NCBI RefSeq assembly: GCF_057098645.1 | Contig: NZ_CM169472.1 | Reading direction: 5' to 3' (one strand) | DNA: 64,000 nt | Shown: positions 62,165 through 64,000 of the stretch, one piece after another | How positions within the stretch are numbered: the stretch's first letter is position 1 | Layout of the letters: every line of letters begins with the position of its first letter | Position numbers and translations under genes: made by a program | The notes under the pieces: generated by a model | The model's input: only the letters and a program-made list of their open reading frames with translations | What the model was told of the DNA's origin: nothing | Databases searched by the model: none

Positions 62165-63373
62165 TTATGCAAATTCTGCGGGCGCGTTAACTTTGCCTAA
62201 ATGAATGGCATCCAAAGCAATCATTTTTTCTTCGTTAGTCGGAATAACAGCGCAAATGACACGCGCATTTTCACTGGAAACAATTCGCTCACCACAGGAG
62301 TTAGAGCGATTATTCATTTCTGTATCAATCTCTACGCCTAATACAGCCAAATGTTCCATGACCAGACGACGAATTAAACTTGAATTCTCTCCTATTCCGC
62401 CGGTGAATATAATTCCATCCAGCCGACGTAATGAAGCTGCGTGTCCGGCAATATGACGGGCGATTCGGTGAACAAAGGTTTTAATTGCCAGTTGCGCGCG
62501 TTCGTGACCTTCATGCCAGGCTTTTTCCAGAACACGTAAATCCGAAGAAAGACCGGAAATACCTAATAATCCCGACTCTTTATTCACTACGCGTTCCAGG
62601 TCACCCAGGCTCTGGTTGGTTTGGCTGGCGACCCAGGATATCGCACCAAAGTCGACATCGCCACTGCGGGTACCCATCATCAAGCCTTCCAGCGGCGTCA
62701 TTCCCATTGAGGTGTCAACACTCTGACCGTTGCGAACTGCGCAGATTGACGCGCCATTGCCAAGATGCGCCACAACCAGGCCGGAGTCATCTTCCGCCAG
62801 ATTCAGCAGCGAATGTGCGCGCTGGGAAACATAGCGGTGCGACGTGCCGTGGAAACCATAACGGCGTACACCTAACTCTTCATAATATTTCCACGGCAGG
62901 CCGTATAAATAAGCTTCCGGAGCCATCGTCTGGTGGAAACTGGTATCAAATACAGCCACCTGAGTTACGCCCGGAAATAATTGCTGCGCCGATTCAATAC
63001 CACTTAAATTGGCGTAATTATGCAGGGGTGCCAGTGGAGAAACGCGACGGATATTATCAATGACTTCATCGGTAATAATGGCGGACTCGGTAAAAATACT
63101 GCCGCCGTGAGCGATGCGGTGGCCAATTAAGGCCACGCTGTCATTTAAATTCCGTTTTTCCAGTTCAAATGCAATTGCCTTCAATGCACCTTCGTAGCTG
63201 TGGTGAGCCAGCGGTGCTGGCTCTCCCCCATTTACGGATAAGAATGCATTTTCCGAGTTAATACCGTCGGCAATACCTGACATTAATACTTCACAGTCGC
63301 TGGCATCGAGTACGGAAAACTTAATCGAAGACGAACCACAGTTAATAACCAAAACAACCGGAAATTCATTCAT
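62165..63373 (-). CDS. tdcD: Propionate/acetate kinase
   Basis: ORF-track 62165..63385; [22 protein letters not shown]. Confidence 0.85.
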   Translation of the reverse strand: MNEFPVVLVINCGSSSIKFSVLDASDCEVLMSGIADGINSENAFLSVNGGEPAPLAHHSYEGALKAIAFELEKRNLNDSVALIGHRIAHGGSIFTESAIITDEVIDNIRRVSPLAPLHNYANLSGIESAQQLFPGVTQVAVFDTSFHQTMAPEAYLYGLPWKYYEELGVRRYGFHGTSHRYVSQRAHSLLNLAEDDSGLVVAHLGNGASICAVRNGQSVDTSMGMTPLEGLMMGTRSGDVDFGAISWVASQTNQSLGDLERVVNKESGLLGISGLSSDLRVLEKAWHEGHERAQLAIKTFVHRIARHIAGHAASLRRLDGIIFTGGIGENSSLIRRLVMEHLAVLGVEIDTEMNNRSNSCGERIVSSENARVICAVIPTNEEKMIALDAIHLGKVNAPAEFA

Positions 63374-63398
63374 CTCTTTTCTCATCCTGAGTTACGGA

Positions 63399-64000
<602 letters not shown>

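Overview
This window is an Escherichia coli K-12-like chromosomal backbone, and almost all of it is ordinary, recognisable core genome. Gene order is uppP(partial)-folB-plsY-ttdR-ttdA-ttdB-ttdT-tsaD-rpsU-dnaG-rpoD-mug-ileX(tRNA)-yqjH-yqjI-aer-patA-ygjH-ebgR-ebgA-ebgC-ygjI-ygjJ-ygjK-[unassigned 514-aa ORF]-fadH-higA-higB::IS2-rlmG-ygjP-ygjQ-ygjR-alx-sstT-ygjV-uxaA-uxaC-exuT-exuR-yqjA-mzrA-yqjC-yqjD-yqjE-yqjK-yqjF-yqjG-yhaH-yhaI-yhaJ-yhaK-yhaL-cyuA-cyuP-tdcG-tdcF-tdcE-tdcD-tdcC(partial). Three things stand out. (1) A 1.5-kb uninterrupted ORF sits in the 2.1-kb gap between ygjK and fadH; it is built from three diverged tandem copies of a module I cannot assign to any family, and it is the best candidate for something undescribed. 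(2) A complete IS2 with a 5-bp target duplication (CCTAG) splits the higB toxin gene and leaves the higA antitoxin intact. (3) yqjG appears frameshifted by two extra A residues and is split into two overlapping ORFs. Gene names come from recognising the translated proteins and the conserved gene order from memory; no database search was run, so start codons and identities should be confirmed by BLAST against MG1655. Several ORF-track entries carry N-terminal extensions upstream of the likely true start; I list the start I think is correct. No CRISPR array or rRNA gene was seen.
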